From a bacterium (GTDB lineage: Bacteria; Electryoneota; Electryoneia; Electryoneales; Electryoneaceae), in contig JAHLLH010000013.1 in assembly GCA_020444265.1 (NCBI GenBank), positions 13,340 to 77,339 of the forward strand: 64,000 nucleotides of DNA, written 5' to 3'. Below the pieces are notes generated by a model that saw nothing but the letters and a program-made list of their open reading frames with translations, was not told where the DNA came from and ran no database searches. Numbering within the stretch: the first letter of the stretch is position 1; each line of letters begins with the position of its first letter. Positions 1 through 10,642 of the stretch are shown in pieces. Made by a program: the position numbers and the translations under genes.

Positions 1-3000
1 CTGCATCTCAGGCGGGATACCTGTTCCGGTGTCCTTGATATCGAGTTCAACATACTCACCAGGCGGGATGCCTTTCTCCGACGTTTCGAGGATCGTCCGG
101 TTCCGTGTGTGAATGGTCAACCAGCCACCCCCGGGCATGGCATCACGTGCGTTGACTGCCAGGTTGATAATGACCTGTTCAATCTGACCGGGATCGGCAT
201 GAACCGACCAGAGTTCATCCGCCAAGTCGACTTCTAGACGAATATCTTCCCCGATAAGTCGTTTCAGCATGGTGATTCGATCGAGGACCACCGAATTCAG
301 GTTGAGCAGCCTGGGCTGCAGGGTCTGTTTGCGACTGAAGGCGAGCAACTGCCGTGTCAACTCCGCCGCACTCCTGGTTGCTTTCTCGATTTCATTCAGA
401 TTGTCCATCATTTCCGGGTTGTCACGGCTGTCGAACTGTGCAAGCTCCGTGTATCCGGTAATCGCGGTCAGCAGATTATTGAAATCGTGTGCCACTCCAC
501 CCGCAAGCATGCCGATCGCTTCCATTCTCTGCGATTGGTTCAATCGCTCTTCCAGATCCTTGCGCTCGCTGATGTCTTGGCCAATCGCGGTCATCCCAAC
601 CGTTTCACCTTTTGCATCTTGGGTAAGACTGATGGTAAAGCCATACCAGTGGACGTCTCCATCTTTTGAAACCAGACGACATTGCAGGGTGGACGTTTTT
701 TTGCTCGCCTGCATCTGATTACGGATAATTTCTGATACTGCCTGCCGATCCTCAGGGAAGAGAATCCGGAGATAGTGCTTCCCGACAATCTCATCTGGAT
801 CATATCCGAGGATATTGAGTACGGATGGATTAACATAGGTAATGATCGCATTTTTGTTTGCCTGCACGATCAGGGTGCGCGTGCTCTGAACCACCTGACT
901 AAGCCTCGACCGCTCAGAAGCAACTTCACCGCGAAGTTGCCTTGCAAGACTCCGACTGATCAGGTAACGATGGATCAAAAGGAAGACACCGAAGAGGGCG
1001 GCAAGCCCTAGAAATCGGAACCACAAACGATCAACAATTGGGGGTAAAATGGTTATCGGACTAGTGCTACTTACGGGTCCCCAGTCGTTGTTCCGATGTC
1101 GAGCCTGAATTTCAATTTGATACGTGCCAGGTGAAAGATTTATAAAGGGTATATCGTGAGCGAGTGTTCGAACCTCAACAGGATCTCTCTGACCAGATCG
1201 ATGTAAGAAATATCGAAACTCGATCTGTTCCTCATGAACAAACGAAATAGCCTGGTAGTGTAGAATAAAATCATTATGGTCAGGTTCCAGTTTTATTGGT
1301 GTACCTACGTCATACATAACGCCGGCAACTTCTATTCCCTGTATGGTAACTGTGAGTGCGGGATACTGGCTACGATCATACCGGGACTCGTAGATCGTCA
1401 ATCCTCGAGATGTGCCAAACCAGATACGTCCCCGTGGCCCAAATGCAGCAGAATTGCGGTTTAACTCATTGCCCGACAGGCCTTCATCGATGGTATAGTG
1501 GCGTAAATCTTTGCCACTCGTTTTGAACAATCCCAGGTCTGTACCGATCCAGAGCTGATCTCCATCAATAAAGAAAAGGTAAACCGGACGGTCAATCGTA
1601 TGTCCTGCAATGGTGACGGGTTCTATACCATGTGTGGTGACACGAACCAGACCAGCGGTTGTACCCGCATACATTTCTCCCCACGGAGTACGAATGATAT
1701 TGAATACGTTCCGATAACCAAAATTGTCGTCCCAGGGAAGTGGTGTAGTCTTCTTCCCATCCCACTTGAACACGCCACGTTGGGCAACGCAGAGATAGAC
1801 ATTATCCTCATCAGGTGGGCTGTAAATCACACGAACATAGGCATGGCCAATGTCATCAAGAAGCTCAAATGTCTCCGAGACCGGGTCAAATTTGGTCAGT
1901 CCATTCTTCGTCCCGGTCAGGATTGTTCCGTCTTCTTTCAGGTAGACCGAGTATACCCCCAGGTAGTCATCAGGTGGTGCGTATCGCTTATACCGACCAT
2001 CGTACTCCATTTTCAGCAAGCCGTGTTGGCCGGTCGCAATCCATACACATCGACGGGTTTCGTCAACAGCCATATCCAAGGCCCGAGCCTGACTACCCGG
2101 GTAACCTCCACCATTATTGCGAAACGGAGCATGTTGAATGGTTCCCTTTCGCCAGATACTGATTCCGGCTAGATGACCAAGCATCATACCACCGTCCGGT
2201 AAGGCGGCAATAGCGGATACTTCATCTGTATACAGTCCGTTTACTGCATAATAATTTTCAAACCAGAAACCCTGAATTTTTGTCGCACCCCGGTAACTGG
2301 CGATCCAGAGATTCTTCTCCCGGTCCAGCAGAAGGTCATACGCACCTTCTGTTGGAAGTCCGCTTGTAACTCCCATTTTACGCCAATCACCGTCGGCGGA
2401 AATATGGATCAGTTGAATATACGTCCCAGCCAAAACACCACCAGCGCCGTCCGGGGCCATCGCAATCCGCGCGCTCGGATCTCCAAATGCGAACCGGTTA
2501 TAGGATGCCAGGACGGTAACCTCACCATCTTCCAGGTACCCAACCTTGTCCCTGCTGGAAAACCAAATCCTGTCTCGTGTAGCACCGTATGAATCCGGGA
2601 TCTCCTCTACATAGAGTCCTCGCAAACCGGGAATATTCAGTGCGTGAACATCGGCGGGAAGTGGCACCTCCTCATGTCTGTCAAAAGCATGCAGCCCATC
2701 GACGGCTCCTGCGAGGAACAACCCCTTATAGGCCACCATGGATGTAATTACGCGATGTCCGCCATGAATATAATCTGGACGGCGTACCTCACCATCGATA
2801 TAGAAATAGAGTGTGTCAACATAAACAGCAGCCACATCACTTTGAGAACCCTGTGAAGCGACTGCAGCGATATCGATCCGACGAGGATTCAAAACCCGTT
2901 CCGAAAAACGAGTTTTATACTCAAATCTTTTCCCTTCATATTTATAGAGTCGCCCAAATTCATTCAGCGCATAGATAGCACCTAGATCGTCAACCAGCAG

Positions 3001-3339
3001 CCGGCTGATCGAAACATTCGCTGTCTCATCTTGCGGGACATAAGTATCCCAATTGTAGCCATCATAGCTGACAATCCCACGTCGTGTCGCAAACCAGATT
3101 TTCCCGTCCTGGGTTTGTTTCACAGCGTATAATTCGGAACTGGGTAGTCCTTGCTTTTCGGTATAAACCTTTACGGTACCGTAGATTCCTGCGTATGTAG
3201 GAGCAGTAAGCATCAGTAATAACAAGGACATCAAAAGGAAGGCGAAAGCAAAGTTCATCTGTTGTGAGGGCGCACGGTTATCTGGACCGCAAATCTTGCG
3301 ATTGCGAGCTCGTGCGAATGGAAGCTGTAGGGACATCAT
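1..3339 (-). CDS. Sensor histidine kinase (periplasmic beta-propeller + Y_Y_Y, TM, PAS, HisKA, HATPase); 3' end runs off the window
   Basis: Absent from the ORF track because it has no stop in the window. Segments translated by hand share one frame: ATG at 3339 after AAGGA; [27 protein letters not shown] propeller repeat; [14 protein letters not shown] (Y_Y_Y); TM; PAS ([14 protein letters not shown]); [30 protein letters not shown] H-box; [11 protein letters not shown] N-box; DTGTG G1 box. Confidence 0.9.
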   Translation of the reverse strand, partial: [1113 protein letters not shown]

Positions 3340-3524
3340 CTATTCCTTGAAACATGAGTGGAACCGCCCCAGTAAGGATCGTATGTCCACGGTCCACCCT
3401 ACGGTTTAAGGTAAGCCGTCGCTCCACTCTGTCAAAAGTGAGGAGCGCGCTTTGTCAATTTGGTGTTTGGGCGCGAGAGGAAGTACCTTTTGCTGAGCCG
3501 GTTCCTGTTCACAATGAGACGATC

Positions 3525-5909
3525 ATGTGGTTTCGCCATTTGCGGTTGGCCCTGCGTCATCTGCTCCAGAACAGAACCTTCACCCTGATTAATGTTATTG
3601 GCCTGTCGCTCGGGATTGCAGCAACCCTGCTGATCCTCCGCTTTCTCCAACAGCAGCTCTCCTACGACCACCAGTTTGACCATTCTGACCGGGTCTATCG
3701 TGTCTCGACCGACCTCACCATGTCAGGCAGTGAACTCGCCGCAGCGACATCATCCTATAATCTCGCCCAGGCGCTGCTGACGGACTTCCCCGAAGTCCAC
3801 TCCGCTACCCGTATGCTCTTCTCCCAGCAGGTCCTGGTCAACCGCGAGGAGGAGCAATTCCGCCTGAGCGGAATCGCTATGGCAGACTCAACACTATTTG
3901 ATGTCTTCAGCTTTCCGCTTTTGCAGGGGGACCCGGAGCGGGTGCTGGCACGTCCCCAGACCATCCTCCTGACACAAGATGCTGCATCACGCATCTTTCA
4001 GGACGAGGATCCAATTGGCAAAACGATTACCCTGAACAACAACCAGGATTTTGAGGTCACAGGCCTGCTTGGCGAGGTGCCCTCACCCACCCATTTTCCT
4101 GCGATCGAAGGGATTACATCGTTCCATCATATCCCTGTGCCCGCCGAAGTAAATCGCTGGTTCAGCGTCTCCTACCACACCTACATCCAGCTGGCCGAGG
4201 GAGCGAATGCGGACGATCTGCAGGGGAAACTGCCCGAGTTTGTCGAGCGGCACATCGGGGAGTACATGGACACGTATGGCATGCGGTTCAAGTTCATCCT
4301 CGAACCCTTGACCGACATCTGGCTGCACACGGACCGTCTGGCCGAACCCAAACCAACAGGGGACTTGAGCCAGGTCGTAGCCTTCGCAGCCATTGGTCTG
4401 CTGATTCTGGTGATTGCCTCGATCAACTTCATCAACCTTTCGACCGCTCGATCAACAAGACGAGCGATCGAAGTGGGTATCCGGAAAAGCCTCGGCGCGC
4501 AGAATGGCCAGCTCATCACTCAGTTCTTCAGCGAATCGCTGGTGCTGGCCTTCATCTCGCTTGTGCTCGCCCTTTTTATGGCGGAGATTTCTGTGCGCTG
4601 GTTTAACCGCTTCCTGGTTGATCCAATCTCCATTGATCTACTTAACAATAGCGGCTTTGCACTGGGGATACTGCTGCTGTTTGTGGCGGTTGTGCTGCTG
4701 GCGGGGACGATTCCAGCTATCGTCTATTCGTCCTTCCGTCCCGCTTTGGTACTGAAAGGACAGATGCGTTCCGGGAAAAAGAGCGCCACACTGCGACGTC
4801 TCCTGGTCGTCCTTCAGTTCACCATTTCCGTCCTGCTGATTATTGGAACAGCCACCGTTTTCCGCCAGATGCAACATATGCAGAACCGTCCCCTCGGCTT
4901 TGACCGTGACCAGGTGATGGTGTTGCGCATCCCCGATGGCGAGTTTCGTTCCTCACTGGAAGAAATCAAGGCGGAGCTACTCAAATCTCCCGCCATTCGG
5001 TCCGCAGCAGGCGCATCGACGCTGCCGGGACGTGGCTTCCCAAAGCGAATCTTCCTGCCGGAAGGGTATTCTGACAATGAAGTCACAGAGGCCGGTCTGC
5101 TGATTGTTGATCCCCATTTCCTCGAGACGATGGGGATGGAACTGGCGGAAGGACGCTTCTTTGAAGCTGGTCGTCCCGCCGACTCTACCAACTTCATTCT
5201 GAACGAAACCCATGCGCGCAAACTGGGATGGGATCAGCCCGTCGGGAAGCGATTCGATTTTCCACCTCGAGGCGAATATGGCGGCGAAGTTATCGGAATC
5301 GTCAAGGACTTCCACATGTCCTCACTCCACTCCCCCATTGCCCCCCTCGTGCTGCATATGGGAGCAGGAGCTCCCAACTTCCTCACTATCCGGTTCCTAC
5401 CCGATCAATTGGATGAAGTACGCAGCTATGTGGGAGACATCTGGGAACGATTCGCGCCCGCCTGGCCTTTTGAGTTCACCTTCCTCGATGAGGATTTTGA
5501 TCGAGCGTATCGAGGGGATCGTCAATTCGGCCAACTCTTTGGTGCATTCACGTTTCTGGCGATCCTGATCGCCTGCCTCGGGCTATTCGGCCTGGCGGCG
5601 TTTATTGCGGAACAGCGGACGCGTGAAATCGGCATCCGGAAGGTGCTCGGCGCATCGACTCCTTCCCTTGTCCGGCTGTTAACACGTGACCTGCTGCGCT
5701 GGGTGGCGATCTCCAACCTGGTAGCCGTCCCAATCGCGCTCTTTGCCATCCCTAAATACCTGGCCCAGTTTGCCTACCCGGTCCCCGGATCGGTGTTGCC
5801 TTACGTGCTGGCCCTGGTCGCATCGCTTGCCATCGCACTGTTGACAGTTGGCGGGCATGCTCTGCATGCGGCGAAGAGCGATCCTGTTCATGTTCTCCGT
5901 AGTGAATAG
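3525..5909 (+). CDS. ABC transporter permease, MacB/FtsX family with duplicated architecture
   Basis: Start moved to MWFRHLRLALRH. Motifs FTLINVIGLSLG, INFINLSTARS..RAIEVGIRKSLGA, LVVLQFTIS, ACLGLFGLAAFIAEQRTREIGIRKVLGA, DPVHVLRSE. Confidence 0.93.
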   Translation: MWFRHLRLALRHLLQNRTFTLINVIGLSLGIAATLLILRFLQQQLSYDHQFDHSDRVYRVSTDLTMSGSELAAATSSYNLAQALLTDFPEVHSATRMLFSQQVLVNREEEQFRLSGIAMADSTLFDVFSFPLLQGDPERVLARPQTILLTQDAASRIFQDEDPIGKTITLNNNQDFEVTGLLGEVPSPTHFPAIEGITSFHHIPVPAEVNRWFSVSYHTYIQLAEGANADDLQGKLPEFVERHIGEYMDTYGMRFKFILEPLTDIWLHTDRLAEPKPTGDLSQVVAFAAIGLLILVIASINFINLSTARSTRRAIEVGIRKSLGAQNGQLITQFFSESLVLAFISLVLALFMAEISVRWFNRFLVDPISIDLLNNSGFALGILLLFVAVVLLAGTIPAIVYSSFRPALVLKGQMRSGKKSATLRRLLVVLQFTISVLLIIGTATVFRQMQHMQNRPLGFDRDQVMVLRIPDGEFRSSLEEIKAELLKSPAIRSAAGASTLPGRGFPKRIFLPEGYSDNEVTEAGLLIVDPHFLETMGMELAEGRFFEAGRPADSTNFILNETHARKLGWDQPVGKRFDFPPRGEYGGEVIGIVKDFHMSSLHSPIAPLVLHMGAGAPNFLTIRFLPDQLDEVRSYVGDIWERFAPAWPFEFTFLDEDFDRAYRGDRQFGQLFGAFTFLAILIACLGLFGLAAFIAEQRTREIGIRKVLGASTPSLVRLLTRDLLRWVAISNLVAVPIALFAIPKYLAQFAYPVPGSVLPYVLALVASLAIALLTVGGHALHAAKSDPVHVLRSE

Positions 5910-5927
5910 CGAGTGAGTTGATCAACG

Positions 5928-5960
5928 AAAAACGCGGCTGGCCTGATGGCCAGCCGCGTT
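5928..5960 (-). terminator. Intrinsic terminator downstream of the cold-shock gene, possibly bidirectional
   Basis: 13-bp stem AACGCGGCTGGCC/GGCCAGCCGCGTT with a 4-nt loop and a U-tract on the minus strand; lies between convergent genes. Confidence 0.85.
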
Positions 5961-5987
5961 GAATTTGCAGCGTAAAGAATGTCAGGC

Positions 5988-6191
5988 TTAAGCGGACAGA
6001 CGCGTGACGTCACGAGCAGCCGGGCCCTTCTGGCCCTGCTCGATCTCGAACTCAACTTCGTCGCCTTCCTCGAGCTTACGGAAACCGTTGCCGAGGATTG
6101 CACTGTAGTGCACGAACACATCTTTACCACCATCAACTTCGATGAAACCAAAGCCCTTGGTCTCATTGAACCACTTCACTTTACCTTGCAT
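5988..6191 (-). CDS. Cold-shock protein (CspA family)
   Basis: [17 protein letters not shown]...DVFVHYSAI (RNP1/RNP2 motifs), 67 aa. Confidence 0.97.
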   Translation of the reverse strand: MQGKVKWFNETKGFGFIEVDGGKDVFVHYSAILGNGFRKLEEGDEVEFEIEQGQKGPAARDVTRLSA

Positions 6192-6368
6192 CTGTTGCTC
6201 ACACTTTCTTTTACGAAAATCAACCGGCCATCTGTATTCCGGTTTCCTGACTGAAATGTACGATTGCCTTTTTCGGGAACCAATACGGAGTTTCAGCGCT
6301 GTCTCCAGCTTCGAGACAATTGGCTATCTCTACGTCCTGCCCGACATTGAGGTGTCGGGGCAGAAAGT

Positions 6369-7190
6369 TTATCTGGTCTCTTTCCTCGCGACCAGGCTGA
6401 AAGTCATCGGTATTCGGCCTTCGTAGGCGGGAAGCGTCCACCAGATTGCTTCCTGACGCACCATCTCGGGGTAGACCTGGAAGTAGCAGCGGTCATACTC
6501 ACGGAAAAGTTCAAGACGCAGGCCCGCTTTGATCAAAGCATTGAGGATGTCCTGTATCGGCCAGCGCCAACCGTAATCCGTCGTCTTATCCTTGTAGCTG
6601 GCATCGGCATAATCCGAATCCCCGGCCGGGAATTCATCGGGTTCGGCACGATGGAAATAGGAGCCGTCCGCCTCCAGTTTACCCTCCTCCATCTCCCAGA
6701 ATAGATCCAGCGTGGGATGGGTGTCCATCAGGTAGAGTATGCCACCCGGTTTCAAATAACGGGAGACGATCCTCGCCCACTCTTCCAGGTCTTTCAGCCA
6801 GAGAATCGCTCCACGTCCCGTGTAGACGATATCAAACTGCTCGTCAAGATGATCTGGCAAATCGTAAAGGTTGCAGCGAATAAAGCGCGCATCCGCCCCA
6901 ATCTCGTTCGCCAGCTTCGTCGCCTCATCAATGGACGCGTCCGAGATGTCCATCCCGGTGACCTTCGCACCCAGCCGTGCCCAGGAAAGCGTATCCATCC
7001 CGAAGTGACATTGCAAATGTAGCAGTGACTTCCCTTCCACCGGCCCAACATCCGCCATCTCTTCCTTGCACAGGGTGGACTCGCCCGCCTTAAAGGCTTG
7101 GAGGCCATAGAACTCCTCTGCCTCGAGATGGACGGAGGTCACCTCGTTCCAATGCTCACGATTCGCTGCTTCGTATTTGTTCTCAGGCAT
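6369..7190 (-). CDS. Class I SAM-dependent methyltransferase
   Basis: LLHLQCHFGMDTLSWARLGAKVTGMDIS motif I and LKPGG. Start moved to MPENKYEAAN after GAGGA. Confidence 0.9.
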   Translation of the reverse strand: MPENKYEAANREHWNEVTSVHLEAEEFYGLQAFKAGESTLCKEEMADVGPVEGKSLLHLQCHFGMDTLSWARLGAKVTGMDISDASIDEATKLANEIGADARFIRCNLYDLPDHLDEQFDIVYTGRGAILWLKDLEEWARIVSRYLKPGGILYLMDTHPTLDLFWEMEEGKLEADGSYFHRAEPDEFPAGDSDYADASYKDKTTDYGWRWPIQDILNALIKAGLRLELFREYDRCYFQVYPEMVRQEAIWWTLPAYEGRIPMTFSLVARKETR

Positions 7191-7266
7191 CTCATCCTCA
7201 GGTTTCGGAAAAAGGAAGTTCCCCTTCGGCAATCCATTTTTCAAGACGAGGGATCAAATAAACACG

Positions 7267-7292
7267 AAAAAGGGCTGCCGAAGCAGCCCTTT
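7267..7292 (-). terminator. Intrinsic terminator
   Basis: Minus strand AAAGGGCTGC-TTCG-GCAGCCCTTTTT, just after the stop at 7328. Confidence 0.88.
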
Positions 7293-7327
7293 GAAAGCAG
7301 ACTATAGGACAATCGCCACGGCGATTG

Positions 7328-9400
7328 TTACTTCATCAGCACCATCTTCTTCATGCTGTGGAAGCCATTAACATCCAGGCTGTAGAAGTAGATGCCGCTG
7401 CTGAGGTTGGCGCCGTTGACGGTCAGGTTGTGGAAACCAGCTGTCATCTCACCGTTCAGCAGTGTCGCTACCCTCTGACCCATCACGTTATATAGCGTCA
7501 GCTTCACGTTCCCAGCCTGCGGAAGTCCGAAACGGATTTCCGTGGTCGGGTTGAATGGGTTCGGGTGGTTCTGTGCCAAGCTGTATGCCTTCGGCAGATC
7601 GGAGAAGTTGTCACCTACTGCAGAACTGCTGGCGTTACCCGTGATCGGAACCACCTTCGGGCTGGCGTTGTCATCGGTATCGTTGTGGTAGACCAGGAGA
7701 CCTGCAGTTGGCATGGCGCCTTCAGCGGTCGGGGTCCATCCGAGTTCGATCTGGCCGGTGGATTCAGCATCAATCTGGAACGGCATGGCGCTGATGACAC
7801 GAACCTGGTCGTCCACGCTGCCACCAACCGTGATCGATTCGATGATACCGAACAGGTCACCCGTGTTCTCGATGTCCAGGGTCGCCACCAGTTCTTCGCC
7901 TACAACCGCTTCGCCGAAGTTCATGATCGTCGGGAATGCGAGGATTGGTTCTGCGGGTGCGGAACCAGCCACGATCAGCCCACGGATACCCCAGTTACCT
8001 GAATCGTCCAGATAGATGCTTCCATCCTGATACGAGAAGGATGCATCCGGCATACCCGGGTTTGCGGCCGAGGTCGGCGGATTGTTGTCCGACATGAAGG
8101 AGAGATCACCCGTCATCACGTAGATACCAATGAACATACCGTCGGCGATGTTGATACCGTTCGGCATCGCTTCGTCATTGATCTCAAAGGTGTTCCAGCC
8201 TTGAGTCACAGCACCTGTGTAGGTCCAGACTTCGAAAAGACCTTCAGATGTGAAAATCATGACACGCAGATCGGTCGCATCCGCATCCGTGTTGAAGAAC
8301 CACTGCATCGAGTCGATTCGTGCCGGATAAGACTGGGGATAGAAGGGAACGGCCCAGCCGTTACCGGGCTGGTTCGACACCGGTGTTTCGAAGGTGCCAT
8401 CATCGTAGGCCATCCATTCACCAACCGGCTGAATCTCTTGCAGCAGCGGGTAAACGTTGTTTTCCAGGCTACCTTCGTTCTCATCACCGGTCACGTTAAC
8501 GTAGGCGATGTAACGGCCATCGGTATCCGGTGTCCAGCTCTCGGTCGCGGTGACGGTCAGCGTATCAACAGCGCTGCCACCCATCACACCGATAGTGGTT
8601 GAGCTGGTCCAAACTTCCGTCCCCTCATCATCCTCAACACTGAAGACCACAGTCCCTTCCGGGGAGGCTGTGATACCAGTATTACGGACATCAGCAGAGA
8701 AGGTAACTTCGGTGCCATTGGCATAATGGAAAGCCAGGCTGTCGTTGTAGAGCGACACGACCGAGATGTCGTAGAAGGTACCGTCGTATGCACCACAGGC
8801 GTTGATCACCCAGTCAAAGGGCGCGATTTCGCTGAGGTTGGTCCAGGAACCCGTTGTGCTCCACTTGCTGCGGTCACCGGGAACCGCACCATCCTGGTCA
8901 AGGACGCAGGACCAATCACTGGCTGCGGCACCAGGGATACCACCGATAACAATCCAGAAATCGCTTCCGGTTTCGAAATCGAGGTAGTCTTCTTCGGCGA
9001 GGGTCAACTCAACCCAGTCCGAGCTGATAGCAGACGGGGCAGCATCAAAGGTGTACAGCAATGTTCCCGGCTGACCGTTGTTGTTCGTGTAGACACGAGC
9101 TTCAACCGTGGTCATGAGGGTCGAGGTGTCTGCATAGAACCTGATCCCCTGAAGCTGAAAATCTACCGGCGGTGTGAAACGAACACCTGCCGAGAAGTTT
9201 GTCGCTGCGGAGGGGTAGTAGTAGCTACCTGTGAAGTTGTGGTAGACCAGCGAGTCTGTGTAAACTTCATCCAGTTCACTCGGCATGGAGTAGTGGTCCA
9301 TGGGTGTGTCAACTCGGGTGAACGTCTCGGTCGCGAGTACTCCCCCGGCAAGGATGACTGTAGCAAGCATCCCGATCAGGGTTTTCTGCACGAAATTCAT
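7328..9400 (-). CDS. Secreted acidic multi-Ig-like protein with T9SS-type/FlgD-Ig C-terminal sorting domain
   Basis: AGGAG RBS then the MNFVQKTLIG signal peptide; CARDB-like (VRNTG...LENN) and ASH/choice-of-anchor-D-like (NFGEAVVG...IENTGD) segments; C-terminal LAQNHPNPFNPTTEIRFGLP...SSGIYFY...KKMVLMK. Confidence 0.85.
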   Translation of the reverse strand: MNFVQKTLIGMLATVILAGGVLATETFTRVDTPMDHYSMPSELDEVYTDSLVYHNFTGSYYYPSAATNFSAGVRFTPPVDFQLQGIRFYADTSTLMTTVEARVYTNNNGQPGTLLYTFDAAPSAISSDWVELTLAEEDYLDFETGSDFWIVIGGIPGAAASDWSCVLDQDGAVPGDRSKWSTTGSWTNLSEIAPFDWVINACGAYDGTFYDISVVSLYNDSLAFHYANGTEVTFSADVRNTGITASPEGTVVFSVEDDEGTEVWTSSTTIGVMGGSAVDTLTVTATESWTPDTDGRYIAYVNVTGDENEGSLENNVYPLLQEIQPVGEWMAYDDGTFETPVSNQPGNGWAVPFYPQSYPARIDSMQWFFNTDADATDLRVMIFTSEGLFEVWTYTGAVTQGWNTFEINDEAMPNGINIADGMFIGIYVMTGDLSFMSDNNPPTSAANPGMPDASFSYQDGSIYLDDSGNWGIRGLIVAGSAPAEPILAFPTIMNFGEAVVGEELVATLDIENTGDLFGIIESITVGGSVDDQVRVISAMPFQIDAESTGQIELGWTPTAEGAMPTAGLLVYHNDTDDNASPKVVPITGNASSSAVGDNFSDLPKAYSLAQNHPNPFNPTTEIRFGLPQAGNVKLTLYNVMGQRVATLLNGEMTAGFHNLTVNGANLSSGIYFYSLDVNGFHSMKKMVLMK

Positions 9401-9895
9401 GTTGCTTCTCCTTGTACGTATAGGTTGTATCAAAGACAGTTCAGCGGGGCTCAGGTTACTCGGGAATCCACTTGGAGGATAGAGCAACGTACTTGGTGAA
9501 CGATGCAAAACTCACTCAGGCAGGTGGTTCGGTAACGGAATGTTGTCTGTTCGTGTTAGGGTCCCGTTCTGCATCCCGATAAATGGTAGGCCGACTCTTA
9601 TAAAACATAGACAATTTTGAGGCCTTTTGCGACCCCATATGCTCTCTTAACCCGAGTTCACAGACAAACGAAGAATCATCCTCCTCGAATCAATCCTCCT
9701 GTAGAAAATGGAGCACGATTTGCATGAGTCCTCTGCAACCTGTGGCGCTTGTAACAGCTTGAAACAGCGATTGAGAGTGCTACTCCAGGAGCGAATCGTT
9801 TGTACAACTTGGGCTGATCCTTTTAACACCTTGTAATACAAGAATATCAAACTCCGGTGCGTACAAAAAAGAGTGTAATACAACAAGAAAAACGG

Positions 9896-9969
9896 CAAGA
9901 AGCCAAAAAGCTTATACTGGCAATTCTTATATTATTTGTTATGCTCTTGCAAAGCTTTTTGGCTTTTTG
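9896..9969. promoter_or_regulatory. Inverted repeat in a divergent, AT-rich promoter region
   Basis: AAGCCAAAAAGCTT (9900-9913) and its exact reverse complement (9952-9965), 38-nt spacer; extends about 4 bp further with one mismatch. Confidence 0.45.
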
Positions 9970-10049
9970 TACTTTACGCCTGTCATACTGTACACGGCCT
10001 GATCTCCCCCCAAATTGTAGGTTTCGCCGTGGCAGGAAGGAGCCGAAAG

Positions 10050-10613
10050 ATGAGCCGTAGGATTCGTTCTCTCCCCGTGTCTGTGGGACGGGGGGTACTG
10101 TTGTTGCTGTTCCTCACCTTGGGATTTACCTCGCCCGCCCATGCCCAGGTGGGCAAGGGGACTGCCTCGTTCACCGCATGGAACCTGTTGAAAACCCTCA
10201 GCATGGAGAACTCCATTGCCGGGAAAACAACCGACATTTCCATTCATGTAATCGGTGACGCGGAAGTGGCAGCTGAATTAAGTTCCAAAGTGGGTGAAAC
10301 CATCGGGTCGGCAACGTTGAAGCATGTCGACAGCGGCTACGGCCTGCCGAGCTCCCCTCCGGATGTCATCTACATAGGCAATCCTGACGAATACATGATT
10401 GACTCGGAGAAGTTACGTTCGTTGGTAGATTATGCGCGTGACAACAAGGTTATAAGCGTCACCTACGAGCCGATCCTGATCTACAAAGGGGTTACTCTCG
10501 GCATCGGTGCGCAGGAAAGCGGAACAGCCAAGTTCATGCTGAACCTGCAAGCCTCAAAGGACCAGGGTCTGAACTGGAACAAAGCCTTCATCAAGCTGGC
10601 TGAGACGATCTGA
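10050..10613 (+). CDS. YfiR/HmsC-like (DUF4154) periplasmic protein
   Basis: AAGGAG RBS and signal peptide; ISIHVIGD, PDVIYIG and KFMLNLQASKDQGLNWNKAFIKLAETI resemble the YfiR-family pattern. Confidence 0.7.
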   Translation: MSRRIRSLPVSVGRGVLLLLFLTLGFTSPAHAQVGKGTASFTAWNLLKTLSMENSIAGKTTDISIHVIGDAEVAAELSSKVGETIGSATLKHVDSGYGLPSSPPDVIYIGNPDEYMIDSEKLRSLVDYARDNKVISVTYEPILIYKGVTLGIGAQESGTAKFMLNLQASKDQGLNWNKAFIKLAETI

Positions 10614-10642
10614 CGCGTGCTCCTTGGGGGATTCGTTGTGCT

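Noticed and set aside
9647-10060. Short ORFs of 67-83 aa in the AT-rich intergenic region
   Set aside because: No RBS or motif support; the region is better explained as a divergent promoter.
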